A stretch of 64,000 nt of DNA from Candidatus Hadarchaeales archaeon (GTDB lineage Archaea; Hadarchaeota; Hadarchaeia; Hadarchaeales; Hadarchaeaceae), in NCBI GenBank assembly GCA_038872135.1, contig JAVZGN010000002.1, forward strand, positions 49,031 to 113,030, written 5' to 3'. Below are positions 51,279 to 61,310 of this stretch, one piece after another. Positions within the stretch are counted from its first letter, which is position 1, and the number at the start of each line of letters is the position of its first letter. The translations under genes were made by a program, and so were the position numbers. The notes beneath the pieces were generated by a model. That model did no database searches and was not told the DNA's origin. It worked only from the letters and a program-made list of their open reading frames with translations.

Positions 51279-53939
51279 ATGGAAAAGATGATTTATTTCT
51301 TTGAAGAAGCCGATGGAACCAACAAAAGACTGCTGGGTGGAAAAGGAGCAGGGCTTTGCACGATGGCTCAGCTGGGACTGCCTGTTCCCCCGGGTTTTGT
51401 GATTACCACTGAAGTCTGCAGAAGATACTATGAAGAGGGGGGAAAATTCCCAGAAGGTTTGCTGGAAGAGCTTGCCCGAGCGATGGAGCGACTGGAAAAG
51501 CTGACCGGAAAAAAATTTGGTGATCCAAAAAATCCCCTCCTCGTTTCCGTGAGATCGGGTTCGATGCTTTCAATGCCGGGGATGATGGACACTATTTTGA
51601 ACCTCGGACTCAACGATGCAGTTGCTGAAGGACTCGCTCAGCTCTCTGGGGACGAAAGATTCGCCCTAGACGCCTACAGGAGGTTCATTCAGATGTTTGG
51701 AAAAATCGTGATGGGGGTTGACGGCAAGAAATTTGACGAGATTTTTGAGGAGCAGAAAAAGAAGAGGGGAGCCAAAGCTGACACCGAACTTACAGTGGAG
51801 GACCTCAGAGAAGTGATTCAGAAGTTCAAGCAGCTTATAAAGGCGGAAACTGGAAAAGATATCCCTTCTGAACCTTTCGAGCAGCTGAAGATGGCGGTTG
51901 GGGCAGTCTTCAGATCCTGGAATAACCAGAGGGCAATTGAGTACAGGAACTTCTACAAAATCCCCCATGACCTCTACACCGCAGCGAACATCGTCACGAT
52001 GGTCTTCGGAAATATGGGGGAGAACTCTGGAACTGGGGTGGCTTTCACCAGAAACCCGTCAACTGGTGAAAAGGAGATTTATGGGGAGTTTCTCTTTAAC
52101 GCCCAAGGGGAGGATGTTGTCGCTGGGATAAGAACCCCGCTGAAGATATCCGAGCTGAAGCTCCGCAACCCAGAGATCTACCGGCAGCTTCAGGAAACTT
52201 CTGAAAAACTGGAAAAACACTACAAGGACATGCAGGACATGGAGTTCACGGTTGAGCGCGGGAAATTCTACATGCTCCAGACAAGAGCGGGAAAGAGAAC
52301 TGCGCAGGCGGCCGTCAAAATTGCAGTGGATATGGCGGAGGAGGGGCTAATAACAAAGGAAGAAGCCATAAGAAGGATAGAACCAGCGCAGCTAGAGCAG
52401 CTCTTCTTCAAGCAAGTGGATCCAAGGGCAAAGGTGAAAAAGATTGCAAAAGGACTGAATGCAAGCCCTGGGGCCGCGGTGGGGAAGGTTGTGTTTGATG
52501 CTGAGAGGGCGAAGGAACTGGCAAGGAACGGGGAGAAGGTGATTCTTGTGCGACCTGAGACAAGCCCAGACGATGTTGGCGGAATAATCGCTTCAGCCGG
52601 AGTTCTGACATCAAGGGGCGGATTTACATCCCATGCCGCCGTTGTCACGAGGGGGCTTGGAAAACCTGCAGTAGTGGGATGCGAGGCAATAGAAGTGAAT
52701 GTGAGCGAGAAGTTCTTCAGGGCGGGAGATGTTGTCGTCAGAGAAGGCGACATCATTACAATCAATGGAAGCACAGGAGATGTTATTCTTGGGGAGGCTC
52801 CGCTCATCGAGCCAAAGATGTCGGAGGAAGTTATCAAACTTCTTAAGTGGTGTGATGAGATGAAGAGACTGCAGAACTGGGCTAACGCCGACACTCCCCA
52901 AGACGCCAAAAAGGCGAGAGAGCTCGGAGCCCAGGGGATAGGCCTCTGTAGAACAGAACACATGTTTTTTGGTGAGGAGCGACTACCAATCTTCCAGCAG
53001 GTGATTTTGGAAGAGGACCCAGAAAAAAGAAAACAGATCCTGGCAAAGCTCCTGGAGTTCCAAAAGGAGGATTTCAAGAAGATTTTGAAGGAAATGGACG
53101 GGTTACCAGTGATCATAAGACTGCTCGATCCCCCCTTGCACGAATTTCTGCCCAGTCATGATGAGCTGGTTCAGGAAGTCATTGTCAGGAAGATGGGTGG
53201 AGGAAAAGATGAGAAGCTGAAGGCTGTAGAAAATCTTCTTAGAAAAGTTGAGGACCTGAGGGAAGCCAATCCTATGATGGGGCTGAGGGGGTGCAGGCTA
53301 GGCATCACCCACCCAGAAATAAATGAAATGCAGGTCAGAGCAATTTTTGAAGCTGCATGCGAACTGAAACTTGAGGGCTACAACCCGAAGCCGGAAATAA
53401 TGATCCCAATAGTTGCTCATGTGAATGAGTTGAAGGTTGTAAGAGAGCAGCTGGAGAAGGTGGCGAAAGAAGTGATAGAAGCGAAAGGAGTGAAAGTCAA
53501 CTACAAATTTGGGACGATGATAGAGGTTCCGAGGGCGGCTTTGACTGCGGACGAGATAGCTCAAGAGGCGGAGTTCTTCTCTTTTGGAACTAATGATCTC
53601 ACCCAGATGGTTTTTGCCTTCTCTAGGGATGACGCCGAAAGAAAATTCCTCTTCCCTTATGTTGAGAAAAAAATTCTCCCAGCCGATCCATTCCAAACAC
53701 TTGACCGGGAGGGGGTGGGAAAGCTAATGAAAATAGCCGTTGAGCTGGGAAGGAAAACTAGGCGGGATCTTGAGATAGGGATATGCGGTGAGCATGGGGG
53801 AGATCCGGCATCGATAGAATTCTGCCATGAGATTGGGCTGAACTATGTTTCCTGCTCTCCATTCAGATTACCGGTGGCAAGGCTTGCGGCGGCTCAGGCA
53901 GCTTTAAAAGTGATGGCGGAAAAAGAGAGATATCTATAG
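51279..53939 (+). CDS. ppdK: Pyruvate, phosphate dikinase
   Basis: LGGKGAGL, SVRSG, GEDVVAGIRTP, GGFTSHAAV, GLCRTEHMF, GTNDLTQ, CGEHGG. Confidence 0.97.
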   Translation: MEKMIYFFEEADGTNKRLLGGKGAGLCTMAQLGLPVPPGFVITTEVCRRYYEEGGKFPEGLLEELARAMERLEKLTGKKFGDPKNPLLVSVRSGSMLSMPGMMDTILNLGLNDAVAEGLAQLSGDERFALDAYRRFIQMFGKIVMGVDGKKFDEIFEEQKKKRGAKADTELTVEDLREVIQKFKQLIKAETGKDIPSEPFEQLKMAVGAVFRSWNNQRAIEYRNFYKIPHDLYTAANIVTMVFGNMGENSGTGVAFTRNPSTGEKEIYGEFLFNAQGEDVVAGIRTPLKISELKLRNPEIYRQLQETSEKLEKHYKDMQDMEFTVERGKFYMLQTRAGKRTAQAAVKIAVDMAEEGLITKEEAIRRIEPAQLEQLFFKQVDPRAKVKKIAKGLNASPGAAVGKVVFDAERAKELARNGEKVILVRPETSPDDVGGIIASAGVLTSRGGFTSHAAVVTRGLGKPAVVGCEAIEVNVSEKFFRAGDVVVREGDIITINGSTGDVILGEAPLIEPKMSEEVIKLLKWCDEMKRLQNWANADTPQDAKKARELGAQGIGLCRTEHMFFGEERLPIFQQVILEEDPEKRKQILAKLLEFQKEDFKKILKEMDGLPVIIRLLDPPLHEFLPSHDELVQEVIVRKMGGGKDEKLKAVENLLRKVEDLREANPMMGLRGCRLGITHPEINEMQVRAIFEAACELKLEGYNPKPEIMIPIVAHVNELKVVREQLEKVAKEVIEAKGVKVNYKFGTMIEVPRAALTADEIAQEAEFFSFGTNDLTQMVFAFSRDDAERKFLFPYVEKKILPADPFQTLDREGVGKLMKIAVELGRKTRRDLEIGICGEHGGDPASIEFCHEIGLNYVSCSPFRLPVARLAAAQAALKVMAEKERYL

Positions 53940-53979
53940 CGGTTCATCGATTGAGCGAGTTCTAATCGCTCTAAAACCA

Positions 53980-54381
53980 TTAATTTTCTTTATAATAGCA
54001 AATTGCAAGCTTTTCATCGTAGACTTTTGGCTCAGAGAACTTTTTTGCTTGTTCGGGGGTTACCCCATCACTCCTCCTCCAGTTGTGCATGATAGCGTTT
54101 GCTTTGAGACCCAAATCAACTTTCCTGAGGAGGCAAGTTGTGTCCTCCTGGATTCTCCTGACCTTCTTCAGAGTGCATGAGATATCTTCTTGAACTCTTC
54201 TTATGTCCTCCTGAACCTTTTTCACCTCGCCGAGGACCGATTCAATCCTCGAAAGGATCTGGTAGGTCTGTGCTGTAGTCGTTTCGAATATCCTCTGGGT
54301 CTGCCGGTTGCTCAGGATAACTGTGACAATTATCGGAAGGGTGATCGCCCCAAAAGCCTGAAGGATGTCCATCAATACCAT
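53980..54381 (-). CDS. Hypothetical protein with N-terminal TM helix and coiled coil
   Basis: GGAGGTGA SD upstream of MVLMD; AFGAITLPIIVTVIL; heptads VKKVQED IRRVQED. Confidence 0.65.
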   Translation of the reverse strand: MVLMDILQAFGAITLPIIVTVILSNRQTQRIFETTTAQTYQILSRIESVLGEVKKVQEDIRRVQEDISCTLKKVRRIQEDTTCLLRKVDLGLKANAIMHNWRRSDGVTPEQAKKFSEPKVYDEKLAICYYKEN

Positions 54382-54493
54382 CTTTCTCTCACCTCCTATT
54401 TCTCCTTTTCCCGCCAAAGTTTTGGGAGGGAGTTGTTTATAAATGAAGAAAAGCGCCGCACTTATGGCCCGACGAGGCATGTTTGGCCGGAAG

Positions 54494-55195
54494 CTACAAG
54501 ATGTTCATCACTTCTGCAAGGGAGTGAACCGTAAAATCTGCTTCTTCTTCGTTGTGCCATTCCCTCCTGAAAACTCTAATTGTCTTCATCCCAGCATTTT
54601 TCGCTCCACGGATATCCGTGTATGGTTTATCCCCAATCATCACGCACTCCTCCGGCTTTACTCCGAGCCTTGATGCAACTACGAGGAAGGCCTGAGGGTC
54701 TGGCTTTGGAAGGGGTGTTTCTTCCCCAGCAACAATTACAGTTTCAAAATATTTCATCACAGAGAGATGGCTTATCCTCGCCCATTTTCTCCCTGGAGTT
54801 CCATCTGTGTCTGTGACCATTCCCAGCCTGTAGCCCTTTTTCTTCAAATAATCGAGGAGGGGCTCGGCATCTGGAAATGGTTCGCTGGCCTCAGAGTAGG
54901 AGTCCCAGTAGAGCGCTGTGAGTTCTTTCAGTTGGTGGTTTTCAAGCGGCTGCAGCCCCACCCTCTCCACAAGCTCCTGCCACCATCGGTCCCTGTCATA
55001 ATCCCTTTTCACCTGCTTTTCTCTCTCGAGCTTCTCCAACTCAGCCTCAATCTTTTCCCTCTCGACATTATCTCCCCTTTTGGCAAGAAAATCCATCAAC
55101 TTGTCGATAACTCTTCCGTGGGCTACCCTTGATGCCGCCTGAGCGTCCATCAGCGTTTCGTCGAGATCAAAGAGAACCGCCTTTATTCCCTTCAT
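54494..55195 (-). CDS. HAD-superfamily hydrolase
   Basis: FDLDETL, KPDP, IGDKPYTDIRGAKNAG. Confidence 0.92.
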   Translation of the reverse strand: MKGIKAVLFDLDETLMDAQAASRVAHGRVIDKLMDFLAKRGDNVEREKIEAELEKLEREKQVKRDYDRDRWWQELVERVGLQPLENHQLKELTALYWDSYSEASEPFPDAEPLLDYLKKKGYRLGMVTDTDGTPGRKWARISHLSVMKYFETVIVAGEETPLPKPDPQAFLVVASRLGVKPEECVMIGDKPYTDIRGAKNAGMKTIRVFRREWHNEEEADFTVHSLAEVMNIL

Positions 55196-55848
55196 TCCCT
55201 TCCCCCACAGAACTTCACAGTCATCTCTACCGTCCGATTCCCCACTTCCTGCAAGGTTTCTTCAGAAATTCCCGGAACACCGCAGATCAAAAAAAGGACA
55301 TCGGTCGTGGCGGTCGTGATTTTAGTTTCTTCCGCATCCCTGTATGGGTATATCGCGATCAACTTCTTTGTATCCGCCACAACCAGCTCATTCCCAGAAA
55401 GTGTCTCGGGGGCATTCATCCCTATTCCCAAGAATTTTTCCCCCTCCACAGCTTCCCTTAGAAGAAGTTCTCCCTCAATTTTCCGAAAATCGAAAGCACC
55501 TATCGCCACACCAGTTCTAAGCGAAACGGCGTTATAAACATCTACCAGAGTATTTATCTTAGGAATGGGCTTTCCTCCAAAGACGCGCCTCACTAGGGCT
55601 TCCCCCGCGGGCCTTATCTTGGTAGGGTCTATGCCGATCCTCCAGTAAAAATCGCGGTAAGCCCGAAAAATCGGCACATCTTTGACCTCTTCAAGCTTCA
55701 TCGATCTTTTTACCTCTTCTATCATTTCCTGCTTGAAGCCTTCCACCCCGGCGCTTTCGGTCTCCACTCTCACCCCCCGGACAATCCTGATGAGCGCCCT
55801 AAGCCCTGGAAATTTTTCAGCCAACTTTTCCTCAATCTTCAGCCACAT
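55192..55848 (-). CDS. Stand-alone B3/4 domain protein (PheRS beta editing-like)
   Basis: YRDFYWRIGIDPTKIRPAGEALVRR, INTLVDVYN, GAFD. Confidence 0.88.
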   Translation of the reverse strand: MWLKIEEKLAEKFPGLRALIRIVRGVRVETESAGVEGFKQEMIEEVKRSMKLEEVKDVPIFRAYRDFYWRIGIDPTKIRPAGEALVRRVFGGKPIPKINTLVDVYNAVSLRTGVAIGAFDFRKIEGELLLREAVEGEKFLGIGMNAPETLSGNELVVADTKKLIAIYPYRDAEETKITTATTDVLFLICGVPGISEETLQEVGNRTVEMTVKFCGGRE

Positions 55849-55880
55849 ACACTCTAAAGAAGCGCTTCAATATCTTTAAA

Positions 55881-56642
55881 GTGATGAGGATTGGCTGTGC
55901 GGAGTTTGCGGTTCCTGGAAAAACTCTCCGGGAGAAGCTTGAGTTTCTTGAGAGACAAAAGCTTTGGCTAGAGTTAGCCAACGATGGAGCAAAAACTCCG
56001 AAAGATGTGAAGTCCCTGCTCGCAAACTACAGGGTTGAAATCCGGTCCCTTCAAGCCTACCGCCAGCATGAGCTAAATCTCCTCGCAAAAGATGAAAGCG
56101 AGAGGAAAGCGGCAAAAGCTCATATTGAGGAGACCATGAGATTTGCCGGGGAAATCGGGGCGAGAAATGTGGTGGTCGTCACCGGCTATGGGGCTCCTGG
56201 AGTCATTGAACCCAGAAAAGTCCTTGGGGAGTCGCTGAGAGAGTTCAGCCAGCTTGGAGAAGAAATCGGAGTGACAATTGGACTCGAGCCTCTTGGAGCA
56301 AAAACTTCATTCCTCCCGCGGGTTGGAGATGTCGCTGGCTTCCTCAAAGAGCTTTCGCTGGAAAATATTGGAATAGTGATGGACACCATGCACACATTCT
56401 CAGCCGGTGATGACCCTACAGAGGTTTTCAAGGAAAATTCTTCCATCATCGCCGAGATCCAGCTGAGGGATACTGAGTCGAAGGCTCCTGGGAGAGGGGA
56501 GATAGAATTTAAAAAGCTTGGAAAGCTTCTCAACAACTATCGGGGGTTGGTATGCTTGGAATACCGGCCTGGTGAAAATCCCGAGAGAGAACTCTTGGAT
56601 GCTGTCTCTTTTGTTAATGGAATTATCTCTGAGGCTCGATAA
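55881..56642 (+). CDS. Sugar phosphate isomerase/epimerase (xylose isomerase-like TIM barrel)
   Basis: LEPL, MDTMH, LRD..APGRG, LEY. Confidence 0.82.
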   Translation: MMRIGCAEFAVPGKTLREKLEFLERQKLWLELANDGAKTPKDVKSLLANYRVEIRSLQAYRQHELNLLAKDESERKAAKAHIEETMRFAGEIGARNVVVVTGYGAPGVIEPRKVLGESLREFSQLGEEIGVTIGLEPLGAKTSFLPRVGDVAGFLKELSLENIGIVMDTMHTFSAGDDPTEVFKENSSIIAEIQLRDTESKAPGRGEIEFKKLGKLLNNYRGLVCLEYRPGENPERELLDAVSFVNGIISEAR

Positions 56643-57645
56643 CAACCTTCAAACAATTTTCACCTGCAGCCACCATCGAAAAGGCCTTCTGAATCTCTGA
56701 GAGCCCAAACCTATGGGTGATCAGACCATCGACTTTTACTTTCCTTCCTGAAAGAAGGTCTAGAGCCTCGACCAGGTCTCTCGGGGCGGCACCATAGGAT
56801 GTCATCACCGAGATCTCGTTTCTCCAGAAGTCCGCGAGGGGGATGCTAACACCGACACCGGGAGGGGGGACTGCAAAGAAAAGAATCACTCCTCCTCTCT
56901 CAACGCTTTCCATGGCTTGTGCTGCTGCCTTTTCTGCTCCCGTACAGACGATTACCCAGTCGGCGCCACTCCCTGTAATTTCCCTCACAACCTTTGGGAC
57001 ATTCTCCCTAGCATCGATCACTTCATCTGCTCCAAACTTCTTCGCGGCCTGCAGCCGATATTCGCTAATGTCGGTGGCGATAATTTTTCCAATTTTCTTA
57101 GCCTTCGCGAGAGAGATGTGAAGGATGCCCGATGGCCCGCTTCCAAGAATCAGGATAACTCCATCACGCTTGACTCCCGCAAGCCTTTGTCCCCTGACCA
57201 CGCAAGCAAGGGGCTCTATCAATGTCCCCTCTTCAAAAGAGAGGGATGGTGGAAGCCGGTATATCCCCTTTTCAACATTTATCTTGGGGATTCTGATAAA
57301 CTCCGAGAAGCCTCCAGGGTAGAAGTTGGTTGTGTGGAGGGTTTCGCATGCCGTCTCATGGCCCCTCAAGCAATATTTGCAATTCCCACAAGGAACGTGG
57401 TGGGAGACAAAAACCCTATCGCCGAGCCTCCACCCAGATACATTTTCTCCCACTTCCTCAATCACACCCGTGGCTTCGTGGCCCAGAACTCTCGGAGCAC
57501 TTTTGACCCTATACCACTCCAAAACATCGGAGCCGCAGATACCGCAAACCATTGTCCTCAGCAGAATTTCATCTGAGGATATCTCCGGCTTTGGCATTTC
57601 CTCAACCCTGACATCTCTATTGTTGTAGTAGACGGCTACCCTCAT
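56623..57645 (-). CDS. Zinc-dependent alcohol/polyol dehydrogenase
   Basis: CGICGSD, GHE, CGNCKYC...C, GSGPSG. Confidence 0.92.
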   Translation of the reverse strand: MRVAVYYNNRDVRVEEMPKPEISSDEILLRTMVCGICGSDVLEWYRVKSAPRVLGHEATGVIEEVGENVSGWRLGDRVFVSHHVPCGNCKYCLRGHETACETLHTTNFYPGGFSEFIRIPKINVEKGIYRLPPSLSFEEGTLIEPLACVVRGQRLAGVKRDGVILILGSGPSGILHISLAKAKKIGKIIATDISEYRLQAAKKFGADEVIDARENVPKVVREITGSGADWVIVCTGAEKAAAQAMESVERGGVILFFAVPPPGVGVSIPLADFWRNEISVMTSYGAAPRDLVEALDLLSGRKVKVDGLITHRFGLSEIQKAFSMVAAGENCLKVVIEPQR

Positions 57646-57731
57646 GCATTCACAATTCTTTTATCAAGTTTAAGGGGATATCGAAGTTATGGCCCACCGC
57701 TATGCTTATCATTTCTGAAAATACTTCCTAA

Positions 57732-59234
57732 GTGATGGTGTTTGAAATTCTCCACCGGGATGGACTGGGAAGAATTGGACGGCTGAAAACTGCCCACGGC
57801 AGCGTCACCACTCCAACCCTTATGCCGGTGATAAACCCAGTAGACATCTTCATCTCGCCTGCCGAGATGAGAAAGGAGTTTGGCGCCGAGCTGATGATGA
57901 CCAACGCCTATCTTATTTTCAAACATTTTGGGGAAGAGGGAGCCAGAAGAGGTGTGCACGAAATTCTTGGTTATAATGGACCCATAATGACAGACAGCGG
58001 AGGTTATCAGATATTGAGGTATGGGGAGGTAGAAATCGCACCGGAAGAAATAGTCAGATATCAAGAGGCTATCGGTAGCGACATCGCAACTATTCTCGAC
58101 GTTCCCACCGGGATTAACGCCACGAGGGAAAGAGCGGAGGAGACTGTGGAGATAACACTCAAAAGGGCAAGGGAGTCTTTAAAATTGCGTTCAAAGGAGG
58201 AAACCTTGTGGTGTGGACCTATTCAGGGGGGGCTTTTCTCTGATCTCGTGGAGCGCTCAGCGAAAGAGATGGGATCGATGGACTTTCACGTTTACGCCAT
58301 CGGAAGTCCTGTTGAGCTGATGGAGGAATATAGATACCGGGAGTTGGTGAAGCTTGTGATGGCCGCAAAGAAAAATCTTCCTCCACACAGGCCCGTCCAT
58401 CTCTTCGGTGCTGGACACCCTATGATGTTTTCCCTAGCGGTGCTGATGGGCTGCGACCTCTTTGACTCTGCAGCCTACGCCCTCTATGCCAAAACCGGAC
58501 GATACATGACAGCGAGGGGGACCTTGAAACTGGAAGAGCTGAAGTTCTTTCCCTGCGAGTGCCCAGTGTGCACATCCACCGAGCCTTCGGAAGTGATGAA
58601 GATGGAAAAAGACGAGAGATTGAGATTTCTCGCCAAGCACAATCTTCATGTGAGTTTTGGAGAGATGAGGAGAATAAGGCAAGCAATTGTTGATGGGAAG
58701 CTATGGGAGCATACACAGCAAATGGCCATGTCCCATCCAAGGTTGCTGGACGGTTTTAGGGAACTCCTCAACCATTCTGGGTTTATTGAAAAGTTCAACC
58801 CTGTGACCAAACCATCTGCCTTCTTCTACCTTGGAAAGGAGTCTGAGAGGAGACCAGAGGTTCTCAGACATAGGAAGAAGATGGAGGAGTATTCCCCACC
58901 GTACCTCCAGAAGCTTTTGATCGTCGCCGGGAAGATGCCTTCGAATGTCCCAGGAGATGTTCATGTGATCAAATTTATCCCGCCTTTTGGGGTGGTGCCG
59001 GAAGAACTCGATGAAATCTATCCCCTCTGGCAGAATGAAGTCCCCCGAGATCTCAGGCAGGAGGAGCTCGCCGGGAGCCTCGGGAGCTTGGAAGATTATC
59101 TAAGGATCCATGGGCAGAAATACTCCGAGGTCATCCTCTACGTTGATGAAAGGTGGGAAGAAGCCGTGAAGAGCGCATGCGGGGCTGTGAGGGAAAAATT
59201 GAGAATATATTCTCCAGAAACCGGGCTGCTCTAA
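57732..59234 (+). CDS. tgtA: Archaeosine tRNA-guanine(15) transglycosylase, short form without an evident PUA domain
   Basis: TPTLMPVINP, MTDSGGYQ, PIQGG, HLFGAGHPM, DLFDSAAY, CECPVC..HNL. Confidence 0.92.
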   Translation: MMVFEILHRDGLGRIGRLKTAHGSVTTPTLMPVINPVDIFISPAEMRKEFGAELMMTNAYLIFKHFGEEGARRGVHEILGYNGPIMTDSGGYQILRYGEVEIAPEEIVRYQEAIGSDIATILDVPTGINATRERAEETVEITLKRARESLKLRSKEETLWCGPIQGGLFSDLVERSAKEMGSMDFHVYAIGSPVELMEEYRYRELVKLVMAAKKNLPPHRPVHLFGAGHPMMFSLAVLMGCDLFDSAAYALYAKTGRYMTARGTLKLEELKFFPCECPVCTSTEPSEVMKMEKDERLRFLAKHNLHVSFGEMRRIRQAIVDGKLWEHTQQMAMSHPRLLDGFRELLNHSGFIEKFNPVTKPSAFFYLGKESERRPEVLRHRKKMEEYSPPYLQKLLIVAGKMPSNVPGDVHVIKFIPPFGVVPEELDEIYPLWQNEVPRDLRQEELAGSLGSLEDYLRIHGQKYSEVILYVDERWEEAVKSACGAVREKLRIYSPETGLL

Positions 59235-59270
59235 GCTTATGCGTTTTTCACTCCGAAATAGGTTGAGACG

Positions 59271-60314
59271 ATGAGTTTGCTTCATTTTCCAACTGTTAGA
59301 AAGGCTCTCTTCGGTGAGAAGCTTGACGGTAGAATGGTCAGGTGCTCCCTCTGTGAGCGCAGGTGCATAATCGGCCCGGGAAGCCGCGGGTATTGCCGCA
59401 CGCGGATTAACATCGAAGGAGAACTATATACTCTCGTCTATGGCGATATCAGTGCTATTGAAAGCAGGCCGATTGAGATCAAGCCTTTCTTCCATTACTG
59501 GCCGGGGTCGAGAGCTCTGACCTTCTCCACTTGGTCATGCAACTTTAACTGCCAGTGGTGTCAGAACCACCATCTCTCACGAACCGAGCCAGAGCCTTCT
59601 AAGGGCAACTTCATCTCGCCGGAAAAGGTTGTGGAGCTGGCTATCAAGGAAGGGGATCAAGGCCTCTGCGCAAGCTTTCAGGAGCCAACCCTTCTAACTG
59701 AGTGGGCGCTAGAGGTTTTCAGGCTTGGAAAGAAACGGGGACTTTACTGCTGCTATGTTTCCAATGGCTACATGACCCGAGAAGCTCTGAGAAAACTTGC
59801 AGACGCTGGGCTGGATGGCCTCAAGATAGATATTAAAGGAGATGACGAAACCTACAAAAAATTCTGCGGCGGGGCTGATGTGGAGAAGATATGGAGGAAC
59901 GCGAGAGAGGCGAAGCTACTCGGCCTTTACGTTGAAATCGTTAATCTCGTTGTCACAGGTGTCAATGACTCAGAGAAATGCCTCAGGTGGGTAATCCAGA
60001 AACATCTTCAGGTGCTAGGGCCTGAAACCCCGCTTCACTTCACCAGATACTACCCCGCTCATATGTTTTTCAATCCTCCCACGCCTGTTGAGACTCTCGA
60101 GCGAGCCTACCTGCTGGCACGGGAGATGGGAGTGCTTTATACCTACCTGGGGAATGTCTCCGGCCATCCTTACGAAAATACAAGCTGCCCCAGATGTGGG
60201 AGGGAGGTCATCCGGAGGTTTGGGTGCCGCTTTGTTTCAAGTGCCCTTACCAAAGACAAGCGATGCCCAAGCTGCGGAGAACCCATTCCGATAACAGGCC
60301 CCATTGTGAAGTGA
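59271..60314 (+). CDS. Radical SAM enzyme, AmmeMemoRadiSam / PFL-activase-like
   Basis: CSLCERRC, PIEIKPFFH, CNFNCQWCQN, PLHFTRYYP, YLGNV..H..ENT.CP.CG. Confidence 0.88.
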   Translation: MSLLHFPTVRKALFGEKLDGRMVRCSLCERRCIIGPGSRGYCRTRINIEGELYTLVYGDISAIESRPIEIKPFFHYWPGSRALTFSTWSCNFNCQWCQNHHLSRTEPEPSKGNFISPEKVVELAIKEGDQGLCASFQEPTLLTEWALEVFRLGKKRGLYCCYVSNGYMTREALRKLADAGLDGLKIDIKGDDETYKKFCGGADVEKIWRNAREAKLLGLYVEIVNLVVTGVNDSEKCLRWVIQKHLQVLGPETPLHFTRYYPAHMFFNPPTPVETLERAYLLAREMGVLYTYLGNVSGHPYENTSCPRCGREVIRRFGCRFVSSALTKDKRCPSCGEPIPITGPIVK

Positions 60315-60361
60315 GTTTAATTTTGCTCTGTCTGCTACGAAATTTCATTTTGACATGCTGA

Positions 60362-60437
60362 TGGTGGGCCCGGAGGGATTCGAACCCTCGAGCTTCACCG
60401 TGTCAGGGTGACGTCATAACCACTAGACCACGGGCCC
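60362..60437 (-). tRNA. tRNA-Val(GAC), CCA encoded, no intron
   Basis: Minus strand GGGCCCG...TCACC-CTGACAC-GGTGA...GAGGG-TTCGAAT-CCCTC-CGGGCCC-ACCA; G at position 15. Confidence 0.96.
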
Positions 60438-60467
60438 ACGATAATTTTTGGCTGGCAGGTTTTATCG

Positions 60468-60493
60468 GTTCCGCATGTTTAAATATCTCCGCA
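60468..60493 (+). repeat. 26-bp direct repeat, copy 1 (copy 2 at 61550-61575)
   Basis: GTTCCGCATGTTTAAATATCTCCGCA versus GTTCCGCAGGTTTAAATATCTCCGCA (25/26). Confidence 0.85.
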
Positions 60494-60496
60494 AAA

Positions 60497-60690
60497 ATCA
60501 ATTTCCTCAGCGCTTCATCGAGGGGGATCGTCTCACCCCTCTCATCCCTTTTGACGCTCTCTCTGAGCGCTGCCCCATCATCTCGGCCGATTTCCTCTCA
60601 GCATTTCCTTGAGCCTCAAGCTTGGCTCTGATCAAGTTCTTCGTGCAATGCCTCTGGTGTACTAATATCCATGGCCATTCCGCCATCCAT
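60497..60690 (-). pseudogene. Possible degraded antitoxin-like gene
   Basis: Broken frames ending in EGETIPLDEALRKL, similar to the C-termini of small archaeal antitoxins. Confidence 0.3.
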
Positions 60691-60696
60691 TTGAAG

Positions 60697-61122
60697 TTAT
60701 GTGCCTATTCCTTCACAAGAATTCTTGAAGAAAACTGTCTTCTTTCCGCCCTCAAACAAAACATCAAATTTATCGAAGATGTCGAGCCTCCCTAAAATCA
60801 GTGGTACATCCTCACTCATGCACCAAGCGACCCTCACATCTGATTCTTCACCACCAATTCTCATCTTCAGTCGCCTTACGACGATGGAAATTTTTCCTCC
60901 CCCAACACCGCCGATTCTTCTGATTTTATCTTCGGGTTTGAGAGAGAACCCTAAGGCTATACCGACGGAATAAGGGATCAGAGTTATGTCCGCTCCAGAG
61001 TCAACATACATGTCCGCGGCGATTTCCATATTTTTGTTTATCAGTTTCACCCTAGCCAATGGCCTGAGGATTGTAGGGAGAATGTTTGCCTTTTCCTCGA
61101 CGAAAGGAAACTCTATCCGCAT
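60697..61122 (-). CDS. Retropepsin-like (clan AA) aspartyl protease
   Basis: VDSGADITLIP, GVGGG flap, LILGR. Confidence 0.85.
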   Translation of the reverse strand: MRIEFPFVEEKANILPTILRPLARVKLINKNMEIAADMYVDSGADITLIPYSVGIALGFSLKPEDKIRRIGGVGGGKISIVVRRLKMRIGGEESDVRVAWCMSEDVPLILGRLDIFDKFDVLFEGGKKTVFFKNSCEGIGT

Positions 61123-61310
61123 CCGGCCACCAAAATCAGCGTTTCTTCCTCAGGTATCTTTCTCAGAACTATCTCTCTCCTTGGGTACTTAGCTCTGGCG
61201 CGATCGAGCACGAGCTTTGCGTTTTCACCGCTGGCGACGACTTTTTTGCTCACTATTGCAACATACTTCCCTCGGTATTTTGTGAGATTTACCCATGACT
61301 CTCGCCGCAT
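61113..61310 (-). CDS. DUF5678-like small protein
   Basis: KYRGKYVAIVSKKVVASGEN...A..KYP; GGTGA SD; overlaps the protease start. Confidence 0.8.
   Translation of the reverse strand: MRRESWVNLTKYRGKYVAIVSKKVVASGENAKLVLDRARAKYPRREIVLRKIPEEETLILVAGCG

Noticed and set aside
53953-53971. GAGCGA-N7-TCGCTC hairpin after ppdK as a terminator
   Set aside because: Only a 6-bp stem, and archaeal termination relies mainly on oligo-T tracts; too weak to call.
60362-60437. tRNA-Val as attachment site of an integrated virus or plasmid
   Set aside because: I saw no duplicate of the tRNA 3' end and no integrase in the window.
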